Assembly (NCBI RefSeq): GCF_006345805.1
Contig: NC_043004.1
Span: 94,240,001-94,304,000 of the forward strand
Length of the DNA stretch: 64,000 nucleotides
DNA from: Octopus sinensis
Lineage: Eukaryota
Reading direction: 5' to 3'
Shown here one piece after another: positions 47,953 to 61,000 of the stretch. A program made the position numbers and the translations under genes. Positions within the stretch are counted from its first letter, which is position 1, and the number at the start of each line of letters is the position of its first letter. The notes below the pieces were generated by a model. The model was not told the origin of the DNA. It did no database searches and worked only from the letters and a program-made list of their open reading frames with translations.

Positions 47953-48290
47953 GAAGGCGCATAGCTCAGTGGTTAGAGTGTCGAGCTTACGATCGTGAGG
48001 TTGTGAGTTCGAATCCCGGACCGGGCTGCGTGTTGTGTTCTTGATTGAGCAAGACACTTTATTTCATGTTACTCCAGTTCACTCAGCTGTAGAAATGAGT
48101 TGCGATGTTACAGGTACCAAGGTGTATCGGCCTTTGCCTTTCCCTTGGATAACACTGGTGGCATGGAGAGGGGAGGTTTGTATGCATGGGTGACTGCTGG
48201 TCTTCCATAAACAACTTTGCCCGGACTTGTGCCTGGGAGGGTAACTTTCTAGATGCAATCCCATGGTCATTCATGACCGAAGGGGGTTTC
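47953..48290 (+). mobile_element. tRNA-headed CORE-like SINE
   Basis: GGCGCATAGCTCAGTGGTTAGAG..GAGTTCGAATCCC head, then TTGAGCAAGACACTTTATTTCA..CCAGTTCACTCAGCTGTAGAAATGAGT, resembling the MIR/CORE domain. Confidence 0.75.
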
Positions 48291-48670
48291 AGCAATTGAA
48301 ATTAGCAATGAAGGACTACTCGTGTATTTCTAACATTTTTTTAAAGCAGCATGTTTATAACAGTATTATCCAACCGTGTTCTAATTTTAAGAGAGTTAGG
48401 TAGTGACTTGAAGGATATTTGACTGTTATTTCTAGCATATATCCAGCAACTAGTTAGATACTAATATGAGCTGTGTACAAGCGACGACTGGTTGACTTAG
48501 TTATGCAGTGTAGCAGAACAGAATAGATGAGAGTTTATAGTTAGATTAATAAGTGTGAAGGGGCCATGTTTGACAAAGGCGAATAAATAAATGAACAGAC
48601 ACCCCGCAACTTTCCTTGTCATAAAGGCAGTAAAATAAAATATTTAAGTATATCAAAGCTCATAGCTTAC

Positions 48671-48745
48671 CATTGTTTCAACCGTTGTAATACAGCAGAG
48701 GTGGCGGGAAATAAATTTAGCATGACGTGGCCTCGCAATGATAGA
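48671..48745 (-). promoter_or_regulatory. Candidate first exon/promoter: AAACA-ATG|GTAAG with upstream E2F-like and CRE/UPRE-like motifs
   Basis: Minus strand ...GCCACGTCA..TTTCCCGCC..GTTGAAACAATG|GTAAGC. ATG at 48673-48671, donor at 48670. Motif co-occurrence only; no downstream exon identified. Confidence 0.35.
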
Positions 48746-49020
48746 GAAGTTACTCAATGTTAAGCTAAATGACCCGCTAAAACAGCGATACCTCAAAATA
48801 ACTTTTACGTGTGTGTGTGTGCGTGTGTGCGTGTAAATGGCGTAGGTATTGTTCTAGGGGATTGAGAGTGTGGAGTAGGGAGAAATATTTGTTTTCGTGC
48901 ATTCGTGCGGAGGTGAAATGAATATATGGATGTGATTGTTGAGTATATCTTGAGTTGTGAGTTCAAAATCGCTGCAGATAACTAAACGTATATCTCTGAA
49001 CAGGGAACTTTTATACCTCA

Positions 49021-49169
49021 CATACATACATGCATACATACATACATATACACACACATACATACATACATAGACACATACATACATGCATACATACATA
49101 CTTATATACATACATACATACATACACACATACATACATAGACACATACATACAGGCATACATACATAC

Positions 49170-49200
<31 letters not shown>

Positions 49201-49923
49201 CATACATACATACATACATACATACATACATACGTACGTACTTACATACATGCATGCATACATACATACATACATACATACTTATATACATAAATACATG
49301 CATACACACATACTTATATACATACATACATACTTATATACATACATACTTATATATATATACATACATACATACATACATGCATGCATGCATGTATACA
49401 TACATACATACATGCATACATACATACATACATACATACATACATACATACATACATACATGCATACATACATACATACATGCATACATACACGCATACA
49501 TACATACATACATACTTATATACATACATACATACATACATACATACATACATACATACATACATACATACATGCATACACACATACATGCAAGCATGTA
49601 TACATACATACATGCATGCATGCATACATACATACATACATACATACATACGTACTTACATACATGCATGCATACATACATACATACATACATACTTATA
49701 TACATAAATACATGCATACATACATACTTATATACATACATACATACTTATATACATACATGCATACATACATACATACTTATATACATACATACATACA
49801 TGCATACATACATACATACACACACACATACATACATACACACACACACACATACATACATACACACACAAACACATACATACATACATACATACATACA
49901 TACATACATACATACATACATAC
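49021..49923. repeat. ~900-bp degenerate (TACA)n satellite
   Basis: Direct observation. Confidence 0.95.
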
Positions 49924-50863
49924 CTGTTTTAAGTGGGTCACAACCTTAGTTCCGGATGACCGAGTTACCTTTTGCGCGCGCGCGTATGTGCGTGTTCGCA
50001 CGTGGGCGAGTATGTTTCTGTGTCTATGTACGTATGAATGTATGTACTTAAGAATGTATTTATGTACGTAAATAGGAGGATGCATTTCGGACATACGAAC
50101 GAACGTATGAAGGTAGTAGAATTCATTATCCATTCGAAATAAAGATTGTTCGGTCCCCGCATAAAAGGGTTGATTTGTTTCGTATTCTTTTCAACGTGGA
50201 AGCGTCTAAGCACGGAGAAAATTCATGGCGGTGGGACAATAAGACTCACATCAACTCAACAGATTACGTTTTATCTGAACAGCAGCATAGCTCACTGAAT
50301 GTGTTCAACAAATAACTGTATGTAATTCTGAATAAACTGAGGTTATGGCAATTAGCCTCTTCCTGAAGGGTTAGATTTCCTCAATTTATGCACTTGCAAA
50401 TTTCATGGTAATTTCTAAATTGCCATAAACATCTTCCCAAGTTGACAGCAGCACTTTCAATTTCTACATCACAACAATCAAAACTTTCGCTTTCTTGTAC
50501 TAAGAAAGAATGGTTTAGAATTTACATCAATCTTATGTTTCAAAGACAATACACTATTGCTTTTCATATATCAGAAACATTCTTCATTTCTAATAACATC
50601 ACACACACACGCGTTCACACACACACACACACACACACACATTCTTTCATTCTTTTACTTGTTTCAGTCATTTAACAGCAGTCATGCTGGAACAACGCCT
50701 TCAGTTGAACAAATCAACCCCAGGGATTATTCTTTGTAAGTCTAGTACTTATCCTATCGGTCTCTTTTACCGAACCGCTAATTTAAGGGGACGTAAACAC
50801 ACCAACATCGGTTGTCAAGCGATGGTAATGGGACAAACACAGACAGAAAAACATATACATATA

Positions 50864-51262
50864 CGAGGATGGATAAAAAAGTAATGCCATTTTGTTTAGG
50901 ACAGTTATAATTACCAACAAAGGAACATGTATCATACATCAAAATGAAGCTGGTCCTCTGTGGATCACATCCCTACTTCTCAACATAGTCACCATTTCTC
51001 TCAATAGCAATGTTCCACCTTCGAATGAGAGAATGTCTCCCTGCCCCGTAAAATTTTGTTGACTGTTCTTTGAGCCACTTCTTCGCTACAAAGTCAAACA
51101 GACAACACCTTCTTTCGAAGGCTCGAAACAGGTGATGAAACATGGGTTCATCATTATGAACCGGAATCAAAGAGGCAGTCAATGGAATGGCACCACTCTA
51201 AAAAGTTCAAGACGCAAAAGTCAGCTAGAAAAATTATGGTGACTGTCTTTTGGGATTATCAA
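50864..51262. mobile_element. Rearranged mariner fragments (C-terminus on minus, catalytic N-part on plus) nested in SINE A
   Basis: Minus: KKWLKEQSTKFYGAGRHSLIRRWNIAIERNGDYVEK* with TA|CGAGG TIR. Plus: RLETGDETWVHHYEPESKRQSMEW..SARKIMVTVFWD. SINE A tail at 50648-50863 and head at 51400-51500. Confidence 0.85.
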
Positions 51263-52319
51263 GGTGCCATTCTGGTCGATTTCTTGCCAAAAGGAAAAAC
51301 AATAAACTCATAATAAGTTTCATTTTGATGGATGATACTTGTTCCTGTGTTGGCAATTATACCTGTCCTAAACAAAATTGCATTACTTTTGACTCACACT
51401 CGTACATATACGATGGGTTTTTTTCAGTTCCGTCCACCAAGTCCACTCACAAGGTTTTGGTTGGTCCGAGACCGTAGTAGAAGACACTTGCCCAAGGTAC
51501 CACGCATACATATATTCGAGATAAATTTGTCGAGTTTTATGTCTCCGTTTTTCAAAAACAGCTTGATTTATTGGCAAACAGTCAATGACGTTGTTGGATT
51601 GTTGGAGCGCATTGAGAGTTTTAGCTTGCTCTTGTCCTCCGTAACGTAGAGGTTCGGCAAAAGATACCGATTGAATAAGTACTGGGATCGATTTTCGCTC
51701 AGTTCACTGACCGAACAAACAAAATATAAATATCGAATATGAGTGGTTGCGCGTGAGTATATCTTGTTTATTTATTTATTTTTATGGCATATCAATTTGG
51801 AGATGCTCTTATTTGGTGAGATTATTTCTCCTAATATGGAGTTGGTCTTAACTACCATTTGGTAACTGGGGCACGTCCTTTAGCGGTGGAGATAATAATT
51901 CAAGCCCCAATAATTCAAGAATTTATGTTGTATGTTATTTGATATTCCTGTACTTGTCTATGATCTTCATATATGTACCTGCCACTGGCTACTCTGAGTT
52001 AATTCTCTTAATACATACATACACATACTTTTTCGATTCAATGAAGTACAGTTTTCGGAGACAACGATTTGGTTGACAAAGATGAGGTGAAAGCATCTAT
52101 GAAGAAGCAGGAGAAATAGTGTGTACGCCTAAATTTTTCCGAAGAAGATTCAGCAAATGGGTTCAGCGATCGCACTAATATATTACGTGTGATCATAACA
52201 TTACGTTCAGTAGCATCTTTGCTGCTCATATAAATGGGAGATCGATAACCAGCCCAGTGTGCCGATGGCTCGATATTTTCATTACCTTCGTTTCTTATGT
52301 ATGTATGTGTATCTTTTAT

Positions 52320-52577
52320 CTGTTATCTTTCACTTGTTTCTGTCAAAGGACTGCAGCCAAACTAGAGCACCACCTTGAGGGTTTTAGCTGAACAAATCGT
52401 TCCCACCACTTATTTTTAAGCCGGCTACTTATTCTATCTGTCGCTTTTTTATCAAGCTGCTAGGTTGCTGGGACGTAAACAAACCAACACCAGTTGTCAA
52501 ATAGTGATTGGTTACAAATACAAAGACGCACAAACAGACACACACATATCCATACGTAATACACACACACACACACG

Positions 52578-52609
<32 letters not shown>

Positions 52610-52721
52610 CAAAATGGGACAAGAACGCAAAACATCCAAATAGACGATACCTAAAAACACGGACGGGTCATTCGAAGCCTTTAATCTTCAGTCAAGAACC
52701 GGATCATCCTCGCAATTTCGG

Positions 52722-52774
<53 letters not shown>

Positions 52775-52900
52775 GCATACATACAAGAAGGCTTCTTTTT
52801 CTTTTCAGTTTCCGTCTGTCGAATCCTCCCACAAGGCTTGGATCGGTTAAGACTCCATCGTTGAGAAGCAAGCTTATTACCACAGAGCCACGCCTACGCT
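52320..52900 (-). mobile_element. SINE family A, split by an unrelated ~115-bp insert (52610-52725) in its TA centre
   Basis: Tail 52320-52560, head remnants 52790-52900. Confidence 0.65.
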
Positions 52901-53107
52901 TTATATATGTGTGTGTGTGTATGAGTGTGTTTGTGTGTGCGTAATATATGTAAGATTACTTGTGCATTGTGTTCTCTCTCTTTCTTTCCCTATATATACA
53001 TACACATGCGCGCACATACACACTGACATATATATAAATACATATATATACACACACACATACGTATATAGAAACACGCATATACATACATACATACATA
53101 CATACAT

Positions 53108-53664
53108 AGGACACTCTATAATGAAATCCGTTGGAAGGATAATCCCGAGGACAAAGAAATAATAACCCACAATATGGTAGAAGCCATAGTCACTCATAAT
53201 AAAAAGGAATACTGGTGGAATGTACCAGTGAAGACCTCAATAAAATATAAGCACAACAGACCTGATATAATGATTTGGGATAGAGAAGAGAAACTGTGCA
53301 CAGTTGTAGAAATTAGCTGCTCTGCAGGTGTTAACATAATGCTGAAGATCAGTGAAAAAGAGATCACCTATGCTGAACTATTGAGAAATCTGCAGTTACT
53401 CTATCCAGATTACAAGTTCAGGTTTATACCTGTAATTATTGCGGCCCTGGGATATGTAACACACTGCCTAAATACCAATCTTGAGAAATTAGGCTTCTCA
53501 AAACCCGTAAGGAGAAAGCTAATTCGAAGACTACAGATCCAATCCATCACTGGAATTGTAAAAATCTGTAAAACTTTCCAGAAGTCAATCATTTAAATAT
53601 ATGCGAGCATGTCTAGATATGAACTATATGCATGAGAATACATACATAAAACATACAAATCTGC

Positions 53665-53695
<31 letters not shown>

Positions 53696-53852
53696 TATAC
53701 ATACATACATGCATACATACATACATACACACATACATACATACCTTGTCGTTGATGTTGAAATTCTAATGAAGCAGACTTGGATCTAGGTTAGAAACTG
53801 GTTCTTTCCCTATCGGCAAGAAATCTTGAAATAAACAGAATAATGACAAACA
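53108..53852 (+). mobile_element. 5'-truncated R4/Dong-like RLE retrotransposon in a (TACA)n array (CDS 53108-53596, 3' UTR with internal (TACA)n)
   Basis: Open frame RTLYNEIRWKD..YWWNVPVKTSIKYKHNRPDIMIWDREEKLCTVVEISC..LLRNLQLLYPDYKFRFIPVIIAALG contains the HNRPD..E RLE catalytic motif. The 5' end is fused to (TACA)n. Confidence 0.9.
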
Positions 53853-55214
53853 TATGATTATATGTGTATGCCTGTTTGATTTGTGTTAGTGTATTGTTTG
53901 AATTATTTGTGTTGTGTACTTGTATGCCATTCCAAAATTAGAGACAAATATCAGGATTAATTTTCAATTAGAAAAGATGGGAAAACTTGGTTTCTTGGAA
54001 TAGGTACATTCCGGATACAAACTTTTGCAACCAATCAGCAACTAAGATTGCTTACTATATCATGCATAGTGAACTCGGTCGGTTCGCATGTCATAAGATA
54101 AGTAATATATCTCTACCAGACGCGAACATATTGTGTATCGGATTGCTAAATGCTTTATCTAAATAATTTACAAATGCCAAAAGAATTTTATCTATTCTAG
54201 ATTTTCCTTCAATTTTCGGTCAAAAAGGAGACTGAAATTCTTTCTACCGACTAAAATTTCCTAATTTTTGAATTTCTAAATGACATCTGCAAGTTTTTTT
54301 GTAATTTTTTTTATTATTTCAAGGAAATTAAAAGTATCGGCGGGGGGGTGCATCAAAGTTGACAATAAGAAATATATATATCAGCACGTGTAAGTGTATA
54401 TGCATATGTGTGGGTGCGTGTGTATACACACACACACATACACACACACATACACACACACACATGGACACACACATATATATATACATATACACACACA
54501 TAAACATACATGCATATACGCAGGCATTTCAAATGTAATAAGATAGCATCATATTTGAAAGCTTACGAATAATTAATATCGTTTGATGCATTTAAATACT
54601 TAATCGTATTTAGTAGACAGGCCTTGTACAGTTTTTAATGACTTAACTTGTTTGGGTATCATATTAATGAGTAGTGTCCACATAGATAAACGGTATAATG
54701 AGGGGAATCTATTTACTTTAGAGATGAATGGATAGAGTAACTGCAGATTTCTCAATAGTTCAGTATAGGTATTCTGACGCCACCAAAATGAACAATGTTA
54801 TCCATAATGGCGCGAAATTGTGATGATTTTTGGCCCGATGACTGATCAGAGATGAACATGTCCTTGTCGGTCTACTGTCCATTTTTTAATGTGTGTGTGT
54901 AGTGAATTAGAAAGACAGAAAACGGAGTTCGCAAGAATCTTTATTCAAAACAACAAACGATCGAAAACACAAAAGGCTAAAGTAAACTGGTTGAATTCGA
55001 GTTGGATGGGTCGAAACGATCGTTGTGTTGAATAAAGGTTCTCGCGAACTCCATTTTCCATTTCCCTCGCTCATTAAAAACTCAACGAACACTGCGCAAT
55101 TCTTGAGTTAGATCCACTGACAATAGTATCGTAACTGTAGATGGCATCAGGTAGCCTAAACAGTGAAAGTGCTCTAATTGGCATACTACTAATCATATAA
55201 CACAAGGTCTAAAT

Positions 55215-55260
<46 letters not shown>

Positions 55261-55671
55261 GTATGTATTTAAAATGAGGAAAAGAAAGAGAAGTGAAATT
55301 GACATTACAATTGTTTCTGCAAATGGACAATATCATTTTTCCATACCTCATACAATGTTACACAATTCATTCAATGTTATGTAATATACTAGGTCGATCG
55401 TGCCTTCAAATCGTGACATCCGAAAAAGTGAACGGCCTATAAGAAAGAATATTACGTGGCTTTTATGGGTTTTTCCACGTGAGACCTTTTCTTTTTTCGA
55501 AGCGTCTCTTCTATTGGGAGTTTTTCGTTGTTAAAATTTTTGATTGTTATACTGCTTTTTACTCGGCTTTTTTCACAAACGGACAAAACCTTTTGTAACC
55601 TTTCGTCCTGTTTTGTCCCTTTATGTTTTCCAATCATATTTGTCAGCCCTTGTGGCCAATAAAAAGAATTA

Positions 55672-55704
<33 letters not shown>

Positions 55705-57039
55705 TTCCATATATCATGGCATTTATCATGTTGCGCTCTCGTATAGGACGTTATTTTACAAGTATGTTCTGTGGAAAAAAATTGTGTTACATCTTACATT
55801 TAACGAAAAATTTCTTAAAGTTGTTTTGTAGGGGAAAACGTAGGATTTTGAGCGAGAAAATGCAATACAGTATACTAGGATAAAGTATATTCAACTTAGT
55901 TTCTTCAAATCCAAAATTTAGTTCAGAAAATTCATCAAAAGATAAATCCTGATTTCAAGTTGGGCCTGAATCGAATCTCTTTTTCACCCTCAATGAGGTC
56001 GATAAAATATACTCGGCTTTACAACTGTTTCTGGCTACTAAATTTCACTTAGAAGGCATTCGTCACTCCTAGGTCACAATAGGAAACGTCTGCACAACAT
56101 GCAGTGTAGTGAGATTGAACTTGGAGTTACGAGGTTGCGAAGCGAACTTCTTAACCGTATACTATGTCTGCGACTTCGTATATTTTTCTTCCCTTGCGCA
56201 TTTTTTTTCTTTAAGTCCACTAATGTCCACTTGTTTGTAAAGAAGCAAATGTATTTAATTCTGCTTCCTGTATTAATCGATGTTTTACATACACCAAGGC
56301 CGTATAAATGAGGGGAAGATCTAATTAGTATTCCCTAGTACTTTAGTTTGTCGGCCTGGAAGGATGAATATCATAAATCAACCTGAACAGGATTTGAACT
56401 CAGAACGTAAAGAGATAAAATAATAATGATTTCATACATAAATGCATACGGCCGGAAATTTCAGGTGGGACATAGTCAATTAATTTGACCCTAGTATTTG
56501 ACTGGTACAGTATTTCATCAATCCTTAAAGGACAAAGAAAACATCAACCCCAGCGAGATTGGAAATTAAAATATAAAAGGGTGTAAAAAAACGCTCTTTT
56601 AAGCACAAGGCCAGCAATTTTGAAGGGAGGTAACTAGTCGATTTCCAACTCCAGCAATTGACCGTTGTTTATCATGTTAGCCTCCGAATAGATGAAAATC
56701 AGAGTTGACCTCGGCGGGATTTGAACTTCTAAAGTAAAGCACCGTAACTTAAATACTTCAAAACATTTTATTCGACACTTTAACGGTTCTGCTAATCCAC
56801 CTCCCTCAAGGGATGTAATAACATTAATAATTTCTATTATGAACGCCATTCCATAAATTTGGGGAGGCGTATAAATGAGGAGAACGACCCGAAAACTTAA
56901 CAGGTATTTTATTACAAGGATCCTGGAAAATACGAAAGGTTGAATTAAAACTCGGAAAGTAAAAGAATGTAACTAAATATTGTAAAACATTTGTTCAACG
57001 TGACTCCGGATCTTGCCAATCCATCACCACAAATAATTA

Positions 57040-58205
57040 TCAGGTCATCCCATGAGAATTGTCCGAGTTTTGGTAAGGAAAAAATGACCTAAGTTTACAG
57101 TTTATTAAAATTTAATCCTGTATATAATCCCCATCATTATCGATGAATTCCTTCCATCTACTCATTAGTCTTTTAATTCTATTGGTGAAAAAGTATTTTG
57201 GTTTTGATCAGAAGAAGGAAGAGAGCTCGGTTTCAACCTCTTTGAGATTTTGAGTACAAATCAATTTAATGATTTTGTGAGCTTCGAAACAAATGGTAAT
57301 CAGAAGGAGCGAGGTCCTGGGTATAAGGCGGATGAAGGATTTTCCCAACCAAGTTATATTTTACTTCTGATGTAATCTTTGCAGTGTGTGACCTAGCATT
57401 ATCATGAAGCACCACTCTTTTACGATTCGTCAAAGCAGGCCCTTTTTTTTTCAAAGCAGCATCTAAACGCTCTAATTGTTGCCAATAGGTGTGAGCAGTA
57501 ATTCTTGCATTATTTGGTAACAGCTCAAAGTGGATGATTCTAATGCAATTTCATCAAACAGAAAGAACCTTTTTTCGTGGAGGTCTTTTTTGGGTTGTGG
57601 TTTAACCTGTTCTCCACAACTAAGCCGTTACCTTCTTAATATTTTCATAAAAAAATCCATTTTTCATCACTAGTCATTCACCTGTCTAAAAATGGTAAGA
57701 TACTTTCACTCGTGATTTTCGGTTGACATCTGTGAAATCATGGGGAACCCATTTTCCGAGTTTGGGCAACTTTCCAAGTTGTTGAAGATGGCGGTGAACA
57801 TTTGAATGGTTTCGAATTCAACAGGGCATCCATGTCGTGGCCTCTTTCTTAGGTTGAAATCAGCATTTTAAAACTTTGTAAACAATCTTCTGCAACTTCT
57901 TTCGCTCAAGCACCCTTCCCTATAAACAGAATGATTATTTCGGGTTACTTCAGCTGCACTGTTTCCCTTTTTGAACTCCTAAATCATTATGTGCTTTAAA
58001 TGCTCCTTCGATATTCTCATCTTTGAGGGATGAATATTAGTTATTAATTTAGTCAGGATTATTCTGCAGAAACAAATTGCATTAAGTTAAAGGCTTCCAA
58101 ATCTATACGAGTATCAGTCAATACCATTTGACATTTTAGAAATCTGTAAAATTTGATAGAAATTACATATATGATATTTAGGACAATATTCATGGATTGA
58201 CCTGA
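57040..58205 (-). mobile_element. Mariner transposon, near full length, degenerate
   Basis: TIRs TCAGGTCATCCCATGAGAATTGTCC / GGACAATATTCATGGATTGACCTGA. MRISKEHLKHIM..FKKGNSAAE near 58020; VVLHDNARSH and HPPYTQDLAPSDYHLF. Confidence 0.9.
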
Positions 58206-60789
58206 TGTTTCTTAAGATCTCAACTTGTCTCCATCACAAAGAAACTTACAAAAGAGAAATTTCACAAAATATGAAATGGAATTCATGGAAAATATATTGT
58301 AACATCAGATGTTGACTGATTGTGAAAATATATTATAAGGGTGCTATAAAAAATAATATTTAGAACTTATGCATTGTACGTTAGATCTATATGAAAATAG
58401 ATATAGTAAAAATTGGAGGAACCCAACAGAAGCCAGGACCTTTTTCAGAAGTAGTAAAACGATATCATTTACTATCTTTAGGTAACGCTGGAAAATGCGA
58501 TAAACGTTCATTAAATCAAACCATATATGAATACTGAAAGAATGTAGGAAACCACATTACACCTTTTACAATTACATTTATTTCCTTTTTTCTTATCAAA
58601 TCACATTATTTGCATGACCAACATAATATTTTTATTTTTTCCTTTTCATATTTTAATTACATTTTCCAGCTGTTCTTTTTCTTTAAATTCCTTTACACCA
58701 GGAAGTTCTTTTTAGAAAGATAAGATTAAAAACATCCTAATTGCGAAGCAATGAAGTAGCAATTCAGATAAATCTTGTAAAAGTAGGTGCCAAAGACTTC
58801 TCATCCCTATCGTCTTAAAAAAAATATGGATATCCGAAAAATACAGAAATATCAAGGCTGGAATATGATTGATTCTACATTTGCCTGGGGCTGACTGAGA
58901 GCCAAGCAACAGCAACAACAACAAAATCAATTTAATTAACTAATTTCACCGACTTTCTTTTGTTAGTTTATTTTCATCCTTAATTGTATACACCACCCAA
59001 TGTATATACTCTTTTCATCAGAAAACAAATTATTGTAAACCATAAGATAATTTGAATTATAATGAAATGCACTATCTATTTCGCTCAGATCTTTTCATTA
59101 GAATTGAAAGGAAAGTTTTGAAAGAAATCCTTCTTAATTCGTTGGATGCTTTTCTGCAACTTTGCGTTATTTGTATCATTTTTATTAGATACTGACATCA
59201 AGTTCAGATTACCATTCAAAGTAGGCATTCTTTCATTTTCCTCAGCAACGGTGACAAGAATATGTTCTCATCACCAGAATGTATTTTGGTAGAACGGGAC
59301 GTGCTCTGGTTTAATGAAACCTTCATTACGAACCCTTAATTAGTATATTTGTGACTGCCCTGTTTTAACATTATTATCATATATTTTCAGATCTTTCATC
59401 GTCCCTTGATACTGACTAAATGACCTACAAGTGATTTGTGCGTGCAGAGACTTGTATAAAATGACGTGTGCTGCATCCAAATGTGTGATTACTTATACAC
59501 TAGCTCCTTATTCCTATTCCAGCGGAATACATCAGAAGGTAAAGAACTTCCAATCTCTAATTACAAACATCTTTCAAACTTTCCGATTCCTTTACTTGTT
59601 ACACAAATATCGACTGAAATTAGATGTTTTTTATTTCTATGCTATTTCCTCAGATCAAATGTGATGGAGTATTTCTGTTTTGAAAGTACTTTGAACTATG
59701 TTTTACTACAAAAATATTATTGGCTATTTCTCATATGTTTTGTGGGAGTCAGAGCTGGTAACAGAAATATAAAAACATAGTTTTTATTAAATGGAGGAAT
59801 TCACTCAGAACTTATTTCTATGCTCTATCGGTCATAGGCATACTCAGATAAGGTCAGGCTCAAATATTTAGCTGAATTGGTGAATGAGTAACGAATCGTG
59901 TTATCTAAGTGTAGATTAGCAGACTCACTCTTATATAACCTGAAAATACACAGTTGATTTGTACGAAGGCTACGAATTTAGAAACTTACAAATTTGCGAG
60001 TAAAACGTAAAAATAACAATCAATAACATACAAAAGACATACCACATGAGGTTCTGTGAAGGAATATTGCAAAGTCGTAGTGTTTGCTGACTAAAGGGAA
60101 AATAAACTAAGATATTGACTTACACTTCATTTATTAATTTATCTATCAATCATATATATATATATATATATATTACGGAGATGTACTTGCATAGCAAGTG
60201 ATTTGATCTGAGATCGTGTGCTGAAACGAAAACAATTGCAGCAAGCCGTTCGATTCACTTCAACATTGAAGTTTAATTTGTCAAAATGAACAGTGAACAG
60301 GTTGCGGTCTTATAGCGACGAAAATATTTTGGCAAATTAAACTTAAATGTTGAAGTGAATCGAACGGCTTTTGTGTGTTTCTTAAATGGCTTACAAACAC
60401 CTTCCACGCTGCAATCATATATATATATATATATGTATATATGACTTCCTCAAACTTGAGCACATCAAATCTAACATACTCCTTTGTAAATAACACTGTC
60501 CATTTACCACTGGATTCTTACGTTTGTCTAGCAAGCCGATAGTAAGCACAAATAAGTTGTAACCCAGTGTAATATACAGCATGGTTGGTTATCTGTAAAT
60601 AAACCTCGACCCCGTCAAGACTGCTTGATGAGGAGGGTAATTTTTGGACATCACGTGGGATAGCAAATAAAACCTCTCAAAGGATTGATGGATTTAATAG
60701 TGTCAATAACCATTAAATATTATGCATTTATTCATGTTTAAAGATGCATACATAAGATTATATTTTCAGCATTTTGCGCAGAGGAAAAT

Positions 60790-61000
60790 CAACTACCAGG
60801 CTACTTTCAACGAGCAGAAAGGCGATATCCTTTGACGCTGCTGTGAGTACACACTTCAGACCACTCTGGGACACATAAACTATGCTGCATCCCTGATATA
60901 TTCGAGTCGTTTGGGTCACCTTGCCACTGGCATTGAGAGAGTGAGGCAAGCCATCATGCCCAGCCCTTCCTCACTGTAACCCCCAGCAAGTTCAGCGTAT
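60790..61000 (-). mobile_element. Possible ancient CR1/Jockey-group LINE relic
   Basis: NLLGVTV...KRLEYIRDAA*FMCPRVV*SVYSQQRQRISPFCS keeps the spacing of the post-RT P......Y..Q.......CS block (recalled motif; weak). Confidence 0.3.

Noticed and set aside
52610-52726. Minus-strand CAGCC-GAAA...CTGAAGA...GAAT, possible hammerhead halves
   Set aside because: Upstream half is truncated, the second has GAAT and no stem II; no fold supportable.
59085-59327. 80-codon minus-strand ORF (MKVSLNQSTSRS...NEKI) read by hand, and a plus-strand acceptor at 59390
   Set aside because: No recognisable homology, weak splice context, AT-rich composition; cannot distinguish from chance.
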